The notes under the pieces: model-generated
What the model was told of the DNA's origin: nothing
The model's input: the letters and a program-made list of their open reading frames with translations, nothing else
The model's database searches: none
Assembly: GCA_964016885.1 (NCBI GenBank)
Contig: OZ024742.1
Coordinates: forward strand, 209,312,001-209,376,000
Direction: 5' to 3'
DNA: 64,000 nucleotides
Origin: Eledone cirrhosa
Lineage: Eukaryota
In this document: piece after piece, positions 40,765-52,137 of the stretch
Layout: every line of letters begins with the position of its first letter
Numbering within the stretch: the first letter of the stretch is position 1
Position numbers and translations under genes: made by a program

Positions 40765-41108
40765 ATTTAAAATATTGCTACTGCTTATATTTTTTTTGTG
40801 TTGGCAAACGTAGTAACATTTACAATGGTGGTGTCGGTGTGAGGTGTTATTTTGTGAGGAAGGCTTTCAGCTGCTTCGTGCAGAGGGGAATTAGCCATTT
40901 TTTTTTCAAAGAAATTTTTGGATAATAATAAAAGTTAAAATTTTGGGCACAAAGCCCCAATCTTTTTGGGTGTCCTTTTCGGAAAACAATGTATGTGTGC
41001 TTATAAACAGTTTACAATAAAATTTTCCATAAATGGCAATTTTTAAACAAACGGAAATAACAAACCTTTGCGGAGCTCACGATAATACGATTTCCTACGT
41101 AGGTCGCC

Positions 41109-41138
<30 letters not shown>

Positions 41139-41140
<2 letters not shown>

Positions 41141-41494
41141 TTTCCTTATTAACCACAACGGTTTACATAAATTAGACATTAAGGACAGTACAGGACAATA
41201 CAGGGCGGTACAAATGGGCATTTCTGCGTGTAAAAAACAAGAAACAGAGGATGTAATAATAGGACAATGAAAAAATTCCCCAATAGGGGGGAGACTTCCG
41301 AGGGACATTCGTGGAGAAAACCCATTAAAAAGCCACAGTGACCCTGACCACCAGGGGAAGTGCCCACCTTTAATTTACAGACACATACACAGAGCCATTC
41401 TTGCCTCTCTCACCCATCTTTCAACAAAATGCTGGCAAGAGAGCACTTCCCTTTCTACCCTGATTTTCCTTTTCAAATGAAATTTGAAAAAGTT
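41139..41494 (-). mobile_element. Tx1 copy B: 3'-terminal ~350 bp only, two small internal deletions, bounded by (AAT)n
   Basis: Matches 35211-35595. (aat)n at 41109-41138 and 41495-41548. Confidence 0.95.
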
Positions 41495-41513
41495 AATAAT
41501 AATAATAATAATA

Positions 41514-41550
<37 letters not shown>

Positions 41551-41798
41551 TTTCTTTATTAACCACAAGGGTTTACATAAAGTAGACATTAAGGACAGTG
41601 CAGGACAATACAGGACGGTACAAATGGGCATTTCTGCGTGTAAAAAACAAAAACAGAGGATGTAACAAAAAAATAACAATGAAAAATTCCCCAATAGGGG
41701 GAGACTTTGGAGGGACATTTGTGGAGAAAGCCCAGTAAAAGGCCACAGTGACCCTGACCACCAAGGCAAGTGCCCTCTCCCAGTTTTCCACCTTTAAT

Positions 41799-44700
41799 TT
41801 ACAGATATATACTCAGAGTAGGCCCATTCACTCGGGCCATTCTTGCTTCTCTCACCCATCTTTCAACAAAATGCTGGGAAGAGAGCACTTCCCTCTCTAC
41901 TCTGATTTTCCTTTTCAAATGAAATTTGAAAAAGTCAATCTGAGCATCACCGAAGAGGTAAGTGCTCGTCTTCAGCTCTTTCAAACGTGTCCACCATACT
42001 ATCTCTTTCGCCATGGCCACCAGACAGATAAAAACTGCCTGCCCTTCCCGGCTAAAGGAGGAGGATGGTGCAATCCTCAAGATGGACTCAGATGATAGCC
42101 GGATCCGTCCTACACGCGACAGCAGGTGTTTGACATAAACCCACAAGTCAGCAATTTTCGGACACTGGACGAGTGCGTGCAGGATGGTTTCGTCGCCCTG
42201 CGCGCATCTCGGACATGCCCGGCTGATGGCACCTCCATGCCTGTAGAGTTTATCCCGAACTTGGAAGGCTCCTCGGTAGCACTGCCAGGGCAGAGATTTC
42301 TGGAAGTTGTCCATAGGCCCTGGCCCGAAAGTTCTTCCGAAGAGATTGGCTAGTTGATTTTCGTCGACGCCTAGAGTTTCCCTAAGTACGTCGTCGCTCT
42401 TCCCCTCCACTAATCCTCTATAGAACGCCGAGGTGGAGTTTCCACCGATCACCGATCTGAAAATACCCACTTCTGGGTGAGAGAAGCCACCCTGCTCGTC
42501 ACCTCGTCCCAGTTTTTGTCCGTCTGGAGGTCCGGACCGAACCAGACCCCTAGCAATTTAACCAGTCCGTCCGTCCAGCGTCCGACAACGCTGTTGGACG
42601 GCATGGACCTGCCTCTCCAGGTGCCGAGCTGCAGGCCCACTGACTTTTCCTGGTTGATCATTGCTCCTGTCATCGCTTCGTATTCTCTTAGTGTAGTTCC
42701 GATCGCCTCGATGTCATTGGCGTTCAACACCACTACGGTGACATCGTCCGCATATGCTGACACGGATCTTCCGCATCCTAGTTCGCGCGGGACGCCCCTC
42801 AACGTCTCCAGTTTGTGCAGTAATGGCTCGAGAGTCAATACGTACAAGAGGGACGAGAGGGGACATCCTTGGCGGACCGAGCGCATGATGTTGAACGGTT
42901 CAGACAGGTGACCGTTCACTCTCACCACAGAGCAGATGTCGCTGTGCATGGCAGCGATCCAGCCTCTGAAGACGGGCCCAAAGCCAGCCGCCCTCAGGAC
43001 TGCCGCTAGGTAACGATGGTTGACCCTATCGAAAGCTTTCGACTGATCTAAATTGATCAAGGACCCACCCGTGCCAGGTTCCCTAGCAACCCCCTCTACG
43101 ATGTATCGCATGAGGTGGAGGTTGTCGTGGATAGATCTGTCGGAAATGGCGTATGTCTGCGCCTCTCCCACCAGACCACCAACGACAAGCGCCAACCTCT
43201 TTGCTAGCACCTTGGCCAAAATCTTGAACTCTGTGTTTAGCAGAGTTATGGGCCGGAAAATATCTATGTTATCCCCCTTGTTCGGATCCTTTCTCAGCAG
43301 TGCCACCGCTCCTCGGCTCACAGAACTGGGAATTCTCCCGTTCTGTTGCCAGTTGCAGTAGACGTCCGCCAAGAAGCCTCCGAACAAGTCTGGCATCTGT
43401 AGGTAAAGTTCATAGGGCAGACCATCCAAACCAGGCGATTTACCCCTTGTGCAGCCAGTCATTGCCTCCCTTACTTCAGCGGCTGTTATCGGCTTTTCCC
43501 AACACTTCGCCTCAGTGGCCGAGAGCCGCGGCAGTCCGTCGAGGTAGACACTAAAGTCCATCCCTCGACCCGGCCCACCGCTGCCCCCGAACAGCTGAGC
43601 GAAGTGTCGCTGAAAAGCTTCACACATTTGCCCGGGATCGAGTAGCATGCGCCCGTCGTGGTCCACCAAAGACCGGATCGTGGCTTTGTTGCCACGACGC
43701 GCCTCTGCCACTCGGGCCCATTGAACGGCTTTCGCCCTCTCGTGTCTGAGAGCACGCACCCTTGCTCTGACAACGCAGCCTTCGTGTTTTGCATTGAAGA
43801 ATTGGTCAAGGGCCAATTTCGCCGCAAGCACGACGATCGTAATGCCTTTGCTAAGCGCCTCGTCTAATTGTCTAACTAATTCTCCCTCTACTCTATTTTT
43901 CTTTATTGCTAAAGCCTTACTAAACCTAATCGATTCTATTCTAATCGCTCTTTTCAGAGCAAACCACCACTTGTTGTTGACGATGGGCCCCGTCAACACC
44001 CGCTTAACTAGTTCGCTAATCCAGTCTCTGTAGGCCTTGCGCGCTGGTAAGGACGCGTTTAGCTTCCAGTAGCCGGCTCCTCGTCTATGAAGCCTATCTA
44101 AGTCAAGCACACAGATCACGAATTTGTGGTCCGTGTAGCTGACTATCTTGAATTGTGGACAGCCTATTCTAGACCAATATATTTCCCTACAAAATACTCT
44201 ATCTAGATATGATCTGGATGACCCTATGCGATTTGTCCAAGTCCACATTGGCACATTCAGGAAATACAATCGGTACCTGTCAGACAGTTCAAAACGCCTG
44301 AGAAGGTTGGTGAGGCTCTTGCACCCTCCACCCCTATCCGCTAATCCCACACAGTCCCAGCGTGCATCTAAGATCCCGTTCCAGTCGCCCACTAACACTA
44401 AAGAGCGGGACGTTCCAAGAAAGGTCTCCAGACGCCGGAAGAAATCAGGCCGCCCTGCTCCTGTCGGGGCATAGACGGCCACTAACCTGAAAGCTTGCCC
44501 GTCTCCGCTGGTCACGTCTAGCACCACCAACTTACCTTCTGGGTCCAGGAAGATGGCCCGTATGGCAAGATCCAAACCTCTCCGAAAAAGCACAGCAACT
44601 CCTCCCCCCGATCCCGGACGGCTGGGAGATGCGTACACATCGTAGCCGCCGAAGATCGGTGCGAAAGCCCGTGCTTCGGAGATTCTGGTCTCGCTGATGG

Positions 44701-44806
44701 CCACTACATCTATGTTTAGTGACCTGAGGTCGTTGAGCAGGTGACCCTGCTTCCATGACGACCCCAAGCCACGCGCATTTATGCTGCCTATTCTGAGTGA
44801 GGTCAC
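41799..44806 (-). pseudogene. Copy C ORF2: GTG in place of ATG and a 425-bp internal deletion at 42453-42465
   Basis: Same motifs as A; lacks the equivalent of A 36109-36533. Confidence 0.93.
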
Positions 44807-44841
44807 GTTTAAAATAGAGTGGAAAAGATGGGAAAGACCAC

Positions 44842-46934
44842 TTACCGTACTTTTCGTAGAGGAGGGATGGTTTTTCCATCCCTTTTCACTTTACCGTCTG
44901 GTGAAGGGACCGTTGAATCGTCCCTTCGGCTGGTCGTCGGCTCTTCTATGAGTATGTCCGAATATACTCTTCGGTTGATAGTTCCTCCTAGGTCTCTGAA
45001 ATCACCAACTGCGTTGGAGAATTTCGTTTTAATGTTTGTGTATTGTTTCTGTGCTATTTTTAGCAGTCTTATGTTAGTTGGCGTTTTGATTGGTGTTGGT
45101 ATTATGTAGTGGTGTTTTTAAATGTCTGTGTGTTCAATTATGTAAGTCATTAGTTTCTTGTTGTGTGTATTTATTGCCGTGCATTTGTTTTTCTGGGGGT
45201 GGGGTGTGGTTCTGCTATTTTCTTGTCGTTGTTGCTGGGTGTGTGTGTTTTGTTGTTGTCTTTGCGATGTTGGTGCTTGTGGTGGTGGTGTTGAAGGTGT
45301 TGTTGGCGGTGGGGTTGTCGCCGGTGGTGATGGTGGTGCTAGTGTGGGTGGTGATGGTGTTGGAGGTGTTGCTGCTGTGAGTCACTTTGCAGTAGACTTT
45401 ACCCTTTTTTCATTTCTTTCCTCCCTTTTCAAAGGCGACGATGCGCTGCTACTGCGTTTGTGCCTTCTTACGACCTTTTGCCATCCCTCTCCCACCTCAC
45501 ACTCCATGTCTGATTCTGTGAGGTCGGGGAGGGGTACCAGCTCCACTCTTTCACTTGTTGTTGGTAACGTTTGCACTGGAGTCTCTGTTGCAGCTGAATT
45601 TGGTATTGCTGTTGTTGTTGTTAATACTTCCACTGCTGCTGCTGTTTTTGATTTCCGTGGCGTGGGTATGGGTGCCACGGACCTATCGTTCCTGGTTCCC
45701 GCTTGTCCTGTTGCTGGTAGCCGTCGAGCCGGTTTCGGAAGGAGGGGGGTTTTCTCCTTTCTCAGGGTCTTCTCGTTGCAGAAGGCCCTGAGGTGAGTCT
45801 TCGATCCACAGCGAAAGCATTTCGGGCGTTTGCCCTCAACACTTATGGGCAGTTGAGTGCCATTATCGAAGTCTATCACATCCGGGATAGCTTCGATTCC
45901 TTCCTGGTTGGTTTGGATTAACATCTCAATGGAGGTGCCGACCCAATCTTCTTTTACTTTTTTCTGTACTTGCAGTACAGTTGTTTTGTCCTCGATTCCG
46001 ACGAGGACAGACGCGGCCAGCCAAGAAGGGGCCATCCCGGGGGGTACGTGGGTCAGTTTGACCCTCACAATTTTTTGCCCGCAGTAGGAGGGCACCAACA
46101 CCATTTCCTCGCTCCTTAGGGTCACTACGGATTGAGCCTTTGCCTCTTGGGGTGTGGCAAAAAGTACGTCTACGGTGGCATATTTCTTGCCTCGGGTGAT
46201 GTGCGTTTTCCGCTGCCACACAGACCCCAAGGCTTTTTGTATTTGAGCCTCTGTGTATCTTTCAACCCTACGGGATTTTGTACTTACTGTACGGTACGTG
46301 ACCGTACAGTGCTGTTGGGTTTCGAAAAGTGTTTCCGCTGCCTTGCAGATTGCTCGGTGTCCAGTTTTTGTCAGCATCTTCTTCGCTTCCTCTATTTCCT
46401 CATTTGTTATGAGGATTGTTTCCAGGTTCTTCGCGATACCTGCAAACGAGATGGGTTTTCTTTGCTGCTGTTGTTGTTGTCAGAGCTGCTGTTACTTTTG
46501 TTGTTGCTGCAGTTACTACGACTACTGCCGCCGCCGCTGTTGCTGTGGTTGTTGTTGTTGTTGCTGCTGCTAATGCTGTTGTTGTTTATGCTGCTGCTGA
46601 TGCTGTTGCGGCTGCTACTGTTGTTGTCATTGTCACTGCTGCTGCTGTTATTACGGCTGCTACTGCTATTATTCCTGACGTCAGACGAATGAAATGGGTT
46701 TTCGTATTTCCCGCACAACTGTTTCGTCGTTGTCGTCGTCGTCGTGGAGAAATCTTGCACGCTTTGCACGAGACTTTTCTTTTCTGTCGTCGCTTGCGAA
46801 AGAGAAAGGAGGGAGAGAGACACATTTAAAGAAGGGAGGGAGAGAGACAATCTTCTCTCTGCTGTAGTGACGATTGAGGAAGAAGAAGACGGAATGAGTG
46901 GGAGTGACCTATGATAATTCTTTTTCGTAGCCAT
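44842..46934 (-). pseudogene. Copy C ORF1 (CCHC knuckle), frameshifted with premature stops
   Basis: CFRCGSKTHLRAFC. Aligns to A ORF1 (CTVTYRT..KSRRVER..E.QIQKALG.VW.RKTHI.RGKKY.TVDV). Stop at 45382; N/S-rich microsatellite N-terminus. Confidence 0.88.
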
Positions 46935-47321
46935 GTTGTTTTTTTTGTTTGAAATAAATATTGGGCACAAAACCCCAATAAGCAGTTATTTAACCCCGAA
47001 GGGCCAAATAACGGGCAGAAAGACCCCTCTCACGAGGAGGAGGGTGATTTTGTCTACAAGTTGGTTAAAGTTTTAAACAATTTACAATTGTTATAGCGTT
47101 CAAAGTTTACAATACCTTACAGAGCCGAGCCTCCGTCAACCATAGCATTCAATAATAATAATAATAATAGTAAGTAAAATCGAAGTTGCAGCTGCGATTA
47201 GCATTTTTCGAAATCAATCTTCAGATATTGTCAACATGAATGGACCTGTTATTTTTATCAAAAGACCTTTTTTCCAATTCCATCCCTCCCGCCCCCTCAA
47301 TCTATCTTATTTCTCATTCTT

Positions 47322-47420
47322 TCCTTTGATGAAAGACTAGCGTCCGAAACGTTAAGACCCTCTTCTTGCTATATCAAGCGTTAACCTAATATATCCCTTC
47401 CATTTACTTTACCGATTGTG
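47322..47420 (+). mobile_element. pLTR-like fragment with a degenerate hammerhead
   Basis: ttgatga-aagactagcgtcc-GAAA-cgtta followed by a short tail into (TA)n. Confidence 0.4.
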
Positions 47421-47441
47421 TTGTTATTTCTGTTTACCTTT

Positions 47442-47471
<30 letters not shown>

Positions 47472-47475
<4 letters not shown>

Positions 47476-48053
47476 TATGTATGTATGTATGTATACGTAC
47501 ATACATATATGTATACAGACGTACAGTAGTATGTATATATATACATACATGCACACATATATATATATGCACGTATCGGTTTACCGAACATTTATTATAA
47601 TGCTCGTTTCATTCTATTCCATTTATCGTTTTCGGTGTGCCCGGCCGACTAAACTCACTCGATATGCAAATTAGGCTGCTCAGCCGTTAATATGCATAAG
47701 GAAAGACGTTCAACCATCTGGCAGGAAGGTATACGATGCTGACGATAGCTAATAAGCTTCAAGCTAGTACATCGTTCCTGTATCAGTGTTGAACAAAAAG
47801 GTGACGTGGTTGCCTAAACACTGTACGGCGTAATTCGGGCAGTTTGTTTACAAACAAACAAACCGAGCATTATAATAAATGTTCGCTAAACCGATATGTG
47901 CATATATATATGTGTGCATGTATGTATATATATACATACTACTGTACATATGTATACATATATGTATGTACGTATACATACATACTTACATTTAAGTAAC
48001 AGCCGTACTAAGAGTGAGAAATGAAATGAAATTTCGTTTCATTCTATTCCATT

Positions 48054-48056
<3 letters not shown>
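47472..48056 (+). repeat. Fold-back module: arms 47472-47606 / 47864-47988, tail to 48056, degenerate hammerhead in the loop (47733-47775)
   Basis: Reverse-complement arms. acgatg-CTGACGA-tagct aata agctt-caag-ctag-TA-catcgt. Confidence 0.8.
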
Positions 48057-48088
<32 letters not shown>

Positions 48089-48216
48089 ATATATACATAT
48101 ATATACATATATATACACACAGAGAGAAAGAGATAGATACAAAAAGATTGATTAATAGATAATACATAGGTAGACAGCCAAACAGGGAGACACACGGAAC
48201 GGTGGATGGACAGATT

Positions 48217-48275
<59 letters not shown>
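48217..48275. repeat. (GATA)n microsatellite abutting the 3' end of Tx1 copy D
   Basis: Direct reading. Confidence 0.98.
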
Positions 48276-51200
48276 TTCTTTATTAGCCACAAGGGCACAA
48301 AAGAAGGGGACAAATACAAATGGGGAGTTTACATACAGGTATATGAAAATAAAACTATTAATAAAATAACAAATAACAATTGAAATCCTCAATAGGGGGA
48401 GGCGTTACACAAGGGATGTACACACCCCGAAAAAATGTACAGCCCTCATCTCCAGGAGCATCAAGAGTGAGTACACCCGGCCTCTCTTTCTCTTTTTCCT
48501 CAACCTATAGGCTTATATAGAGAGAAGGCCCAACCACTCCGGCCATCTTTGTCACATTCACCCACCTTTTATAAAATTTGCTGGGGTACAGCACGTCTCC
48601 CTCCATCCTGATTCTTCTTCCAAAATTATATTTGAAAAAACCAATTAGTTGTTCGCCGGAGAGAAAGTTGTCTGACCTCAGCCCTTTTAACCTCGTCCAC
48701 CATATAACCTCTTTCACCATAGCCATAACACATAGGAAAACCGCCTCTCCTTCGTTTTTGAAGGAGGGTGGCGGCTTGATCATGACAATGGACTCGGTAG
48801 TCAACTGGATTGGTCCCACCCGCGACAATAGTCGTTCTACATAGCCCCACAGGTCGGTAACGCCCGGGGAGTGTACAAATGCGTGCGCGACGGTTTCCTC
48901 GCCGCGCACGCATCTCGGACAGATCTTTTTCGACGGGTCCCTGCCCGGGCGCCCGTGTCTGTAGAGCTTGTCTCGAACTGGTAGAGCTCCTCAGTAGCAC
49001 TGCCAGGCCAGGGACCTTTGGAAGTTGTCCACAGGTCCCGGGTGGAAGGTTCTACCGAACAGACTGGCCAGTTTGTCTTCCTGTACGGCTAGAGTCTCTC
49101 CGGGTGCGTCGTAGCACTGGCTGCGGACCAACCTTCTATAGAATGACGAAGTGGTGTCTCCACTGATCGCCGGGTCAGCCTTCCAGAGGGCTGTGAGCGC
49201 CTGAGCACATTCGATGTTCCAGACGCCCATTTTCCTCGGTTCTTTGCTTGACCCAGGACTGAAGCTCGGTCAGCGAGACGAGTCGTGGCAATGCTCGTCT
49301 CACGAACGGGGCCCACACCGGTTGTCCGGTGAGGAATACGTGGAGGTGCCGCAGCCTGAGCGCGTGTTTGCGCATCGTCAGCCACTGAATTCTCAGCCCT
49401 CCGTTTGACGGGTGTGGGCAGGTGATGGATCTTCTCACCAAAGGAACCCGCTTCTTCCAAAGGAATTGGAAGTGTACGCGCTCCATTTTGGTGAGCGTTT
49501 TGGCTGGACAAGGCACGACGGTCAAGTGGTAGTAGATGACGGACGCTATAAAAGTATTCGCCACCGCCGCTGACCTTTGAAGGATAGTTTGCACTCGGCC
49601 CACTTCTGGGTGAGCGCAAACACCTTGGCCGCCACCTCGTTCCAGTTCTTCTCCATCTGGAGGTCCGGACCAAACCAGACCCCGAGCAGCTTTACCGGTC
49701 CTTCCGTCCAGCGCCCGACGACGCCATCGGAAGGCATCCGTTTGTCTCTCCACGTTCCGAGTTGCAAACCGACAGATTTGTCCCGGTCCAGCTTCGCTCC
49801 TGTGAACCATTTGTATTCCTTCAGTAAGGTGCCGACCTCCCCGATTTGCGAGGTCCTCGACACCATTACTGTCACTTCGTCGGCGTAGGCCGACGCCGCT
49901 TTTCGCAGTCCTAGTTCCAAAGGGATGCCCTGAAATAGCTCCAACCTCCGCACTAGTGGCGGCTCGAGAGTCAGTACGTACAAAAGGGAGGAGAGAGGGC
50001 ATCCCTGTCGGATGGATCGCGTGATATGGAACGGGTCCGAGAGGAGCCATTCACCTTGACCCTTGAGCAGATGCTGCTACTGTGCATTGCAGCAATCCAA
50101 CCCCTGAACACGGGTCCGAAGCCTGCCGCCTCGAGCACCGCATCCAGGTAACGATGGTCAACCCTATCGAAAGCCTTAGACTGATCCAAGTTGAACAGGG
50201 CCCCACCGAAGCCGGGTTTACACGCTATCCTCTCTATGATGTATCACATGAGGTGGAGGTTGTCGTGTATGGATCTGATTGGGATTGCGCATGTCTGCGC
50301 TTCTCCCACCAGGTTTTCGATGACAAGCGCCAGCCTCTTTGCCAACAGCTTGGCCAAAATCTGTAACTCAGTGTTTAGCAGAGTTATGGGGCGGAAGTTG
50401 CCTATGTCATCCCCCTTATTCTCGTCCTTCCTGACTAACGTGATTAGGCCCTTGGTCACAGAACTGTGAATTCTCCCGTTCTGTTTCCAGTTGCAGTAGA
50501 CCGTTTCCAGGAAATCGGTGAACAAGTCCTGCATTGCTACGTAAAATTCGTAGGGTAGACCGTCAAGACCTGGAGATTTGTGTTTGCCGCATTGGCTCAG
50601 CGCGTCCCCTATTTCAGCGGCCGAAATCGGCCTTTCACAGAACTTCGCCTTGCTGTCCGAGAGTCGCGGTAAGCCGTCGAGGTATGGACAGAAATCTATG
50701 GGCCCCTCCCGGCGCGCCGCCCTGCCTGAACAGGTGAGTAAAATGCCGCTGAAAGGCCGAGCACATCTGTTTGGCTCACGTATCACGCGTCCGTCTTGGT
50801 CCTTCAAAGACCGAATCGTGGACTTGTTGCCACCTTTCGCCTCCGTCACTCGGGTCCAGCTAACAGCTTTGACTCCCTCGTTTCCCAGAGCACGTATTTT
50901 GCTTTTGACAACGCAGCCTTCATGCTTTGCGTCGAAGAACTAGTCCAAGGCCGTTCTCGTCTCTAGCACGCTGGCTCCGTTGCCACTCATAAATGCCTCT
51001 TCTACTTTATCTACCAGTTCCTTTTCAATCTTATTTCTATCTAACACTAATTATTTACTAAAACCTATCGAGTCTAATCTAACTGCTCTCTTGAGAGAGT
51101 ACCACCTTCTGTTGTTGACAATGTCCCCCGTCAAGTGCTGCTTAACTAAAGTGCTAATCCGTCTACTGTAGGCTTTGTATGTCAGTAACGACAAGTTCAG

Positions 51201-51728
51201 CTTCCAGTAGCCGGGTCCCTGTCTATGGGTTTTGTCAAGGTTGACTAAGCAGGTCACTAATTTGTAATCTGATTAGGCAACTATGAACATTTGTGGACAG
51301 CTTAACATGTCCCTATCCTTCTTTCTAACTAGAACCCTATCTAGGTACGATCTAGATGTTCCACTACGATTAGTCCACGTCCACAGTGGCACAATCGGAA
51401 AATCTAGTCGATATCTATCGGCCAGGTCAAATCGGCCGATTAACTGTTTGAGGCTGTTACACCCCCCTTTATTGGAACATGCTCCCACATAGTCCCAACG
51501 TACATCTAGAATTCCATTCCAGTCTCCCACTAAAAGCAAGAAGCGGGACGTTCCCAGAAAAGTCCCTAGATGTTTGAAGAAGTCTGGCCGCGGGGTCCCT
51601 GATGGGGCATATGCGGCCACCAGCCTGAAGGCTCCACCTTCACTACCGTCAACGTCTAGGACCACCAGTCGACCCTCCGGGTCCAGATGTACTGTCTGTG
51701 TTACGAGGTCCAGGTGTTTCCGCAGCGC
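48273..51728 (-). mobile_element. Tx1 copy D: diverged sister family, 5'-truncated within the endonuclease, multiply frameshifted
   Basis: AAYAP, VGDWNG, SYLDRVL, KSPGLDG, FRPITLLN, DQSKAFDRV, AYADE. The 3' terminus cccttgtggctaataaagaaatc is shared with A-C. Confidence 0.93.
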
Positions 51729-51952
51729 CTCTTATGACTGACCATGTATCTACATCTGGAAAATTCCATTTCTATTCACAGCTTTATGTAAGTTATATTT
51801 ATATAAAGACCAGGCGTCGTCCGTGGAACAAGTCTACATTCCCTACACTACCGATATTGTTCATATTGTTCATGAGAAAGATCACAGCTGACAAATTTTG
51901 GCATTAATTTTGTCACAAACAAACTTAGATAGACATTATTTTTATTTATATA

Positions 51953-52137
51953 TGAAAATTGAATTAGATCTCGCCGTAACTTTGATTAAATAAAATAGTC
52001 TAATAATAACAGGGCGTATAAACCCACAGAACGGAAAAAGACGGGCATCTTTTTTTTTCCAATCAGTGTGTTTACACGCCCTTTTCTTTGACTATTGCAT
52101 TTAGTCAAAATTACAGCAAGATCTAATTCAATTTTCA
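51953..52137. repeat. Imperfect ~185-bp palindrome (MITE-like)
   Basis: tgaaaattgaattagatct / agatctaattcaattttca at the ends; agggcgtataaac / gtttacacgccct inside. No clear TSD. Confidence 0.75.

Larger units (their letters stand above)
35211..41108 (-). mobile_element. Tx1/L1-clade non-LTR retrotransposon copy A, apparently full length, bounded by (AAT)n
   Basis: 5'UTR-ORF1-ORF2-3'UTR on the minus strand. (aat)n at 35169-35210 and 41109-41138. Confidence 0.96.
41549..47150 (-). mobile_element. Tx1 copy C, apparently full length with a different 5'UTR/ORF1, bounded by (AAT)n
   Basis: ORF2 and 3'UTR are nearly identical to A. (aat)n at 41495-41548 and 47151-47169. Confidence 0.96.

Noticed and set aside
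36470-46692. Antisense ORFs of 100-210 aa over the Tx1 elements
   Set aside because: Shadow frames of GC-rich or low-complexity coding sequence on the other strand; no motifs.
35169-47169. Repeat-spacer-repeat layout as a CRISPR-like or LTR structure
   Set aside because: The repeats are simple (AAT)n, and the shared 350-bp segments are 3' ends of separate non-LTR copies. No integrase, PBS or cas genes.
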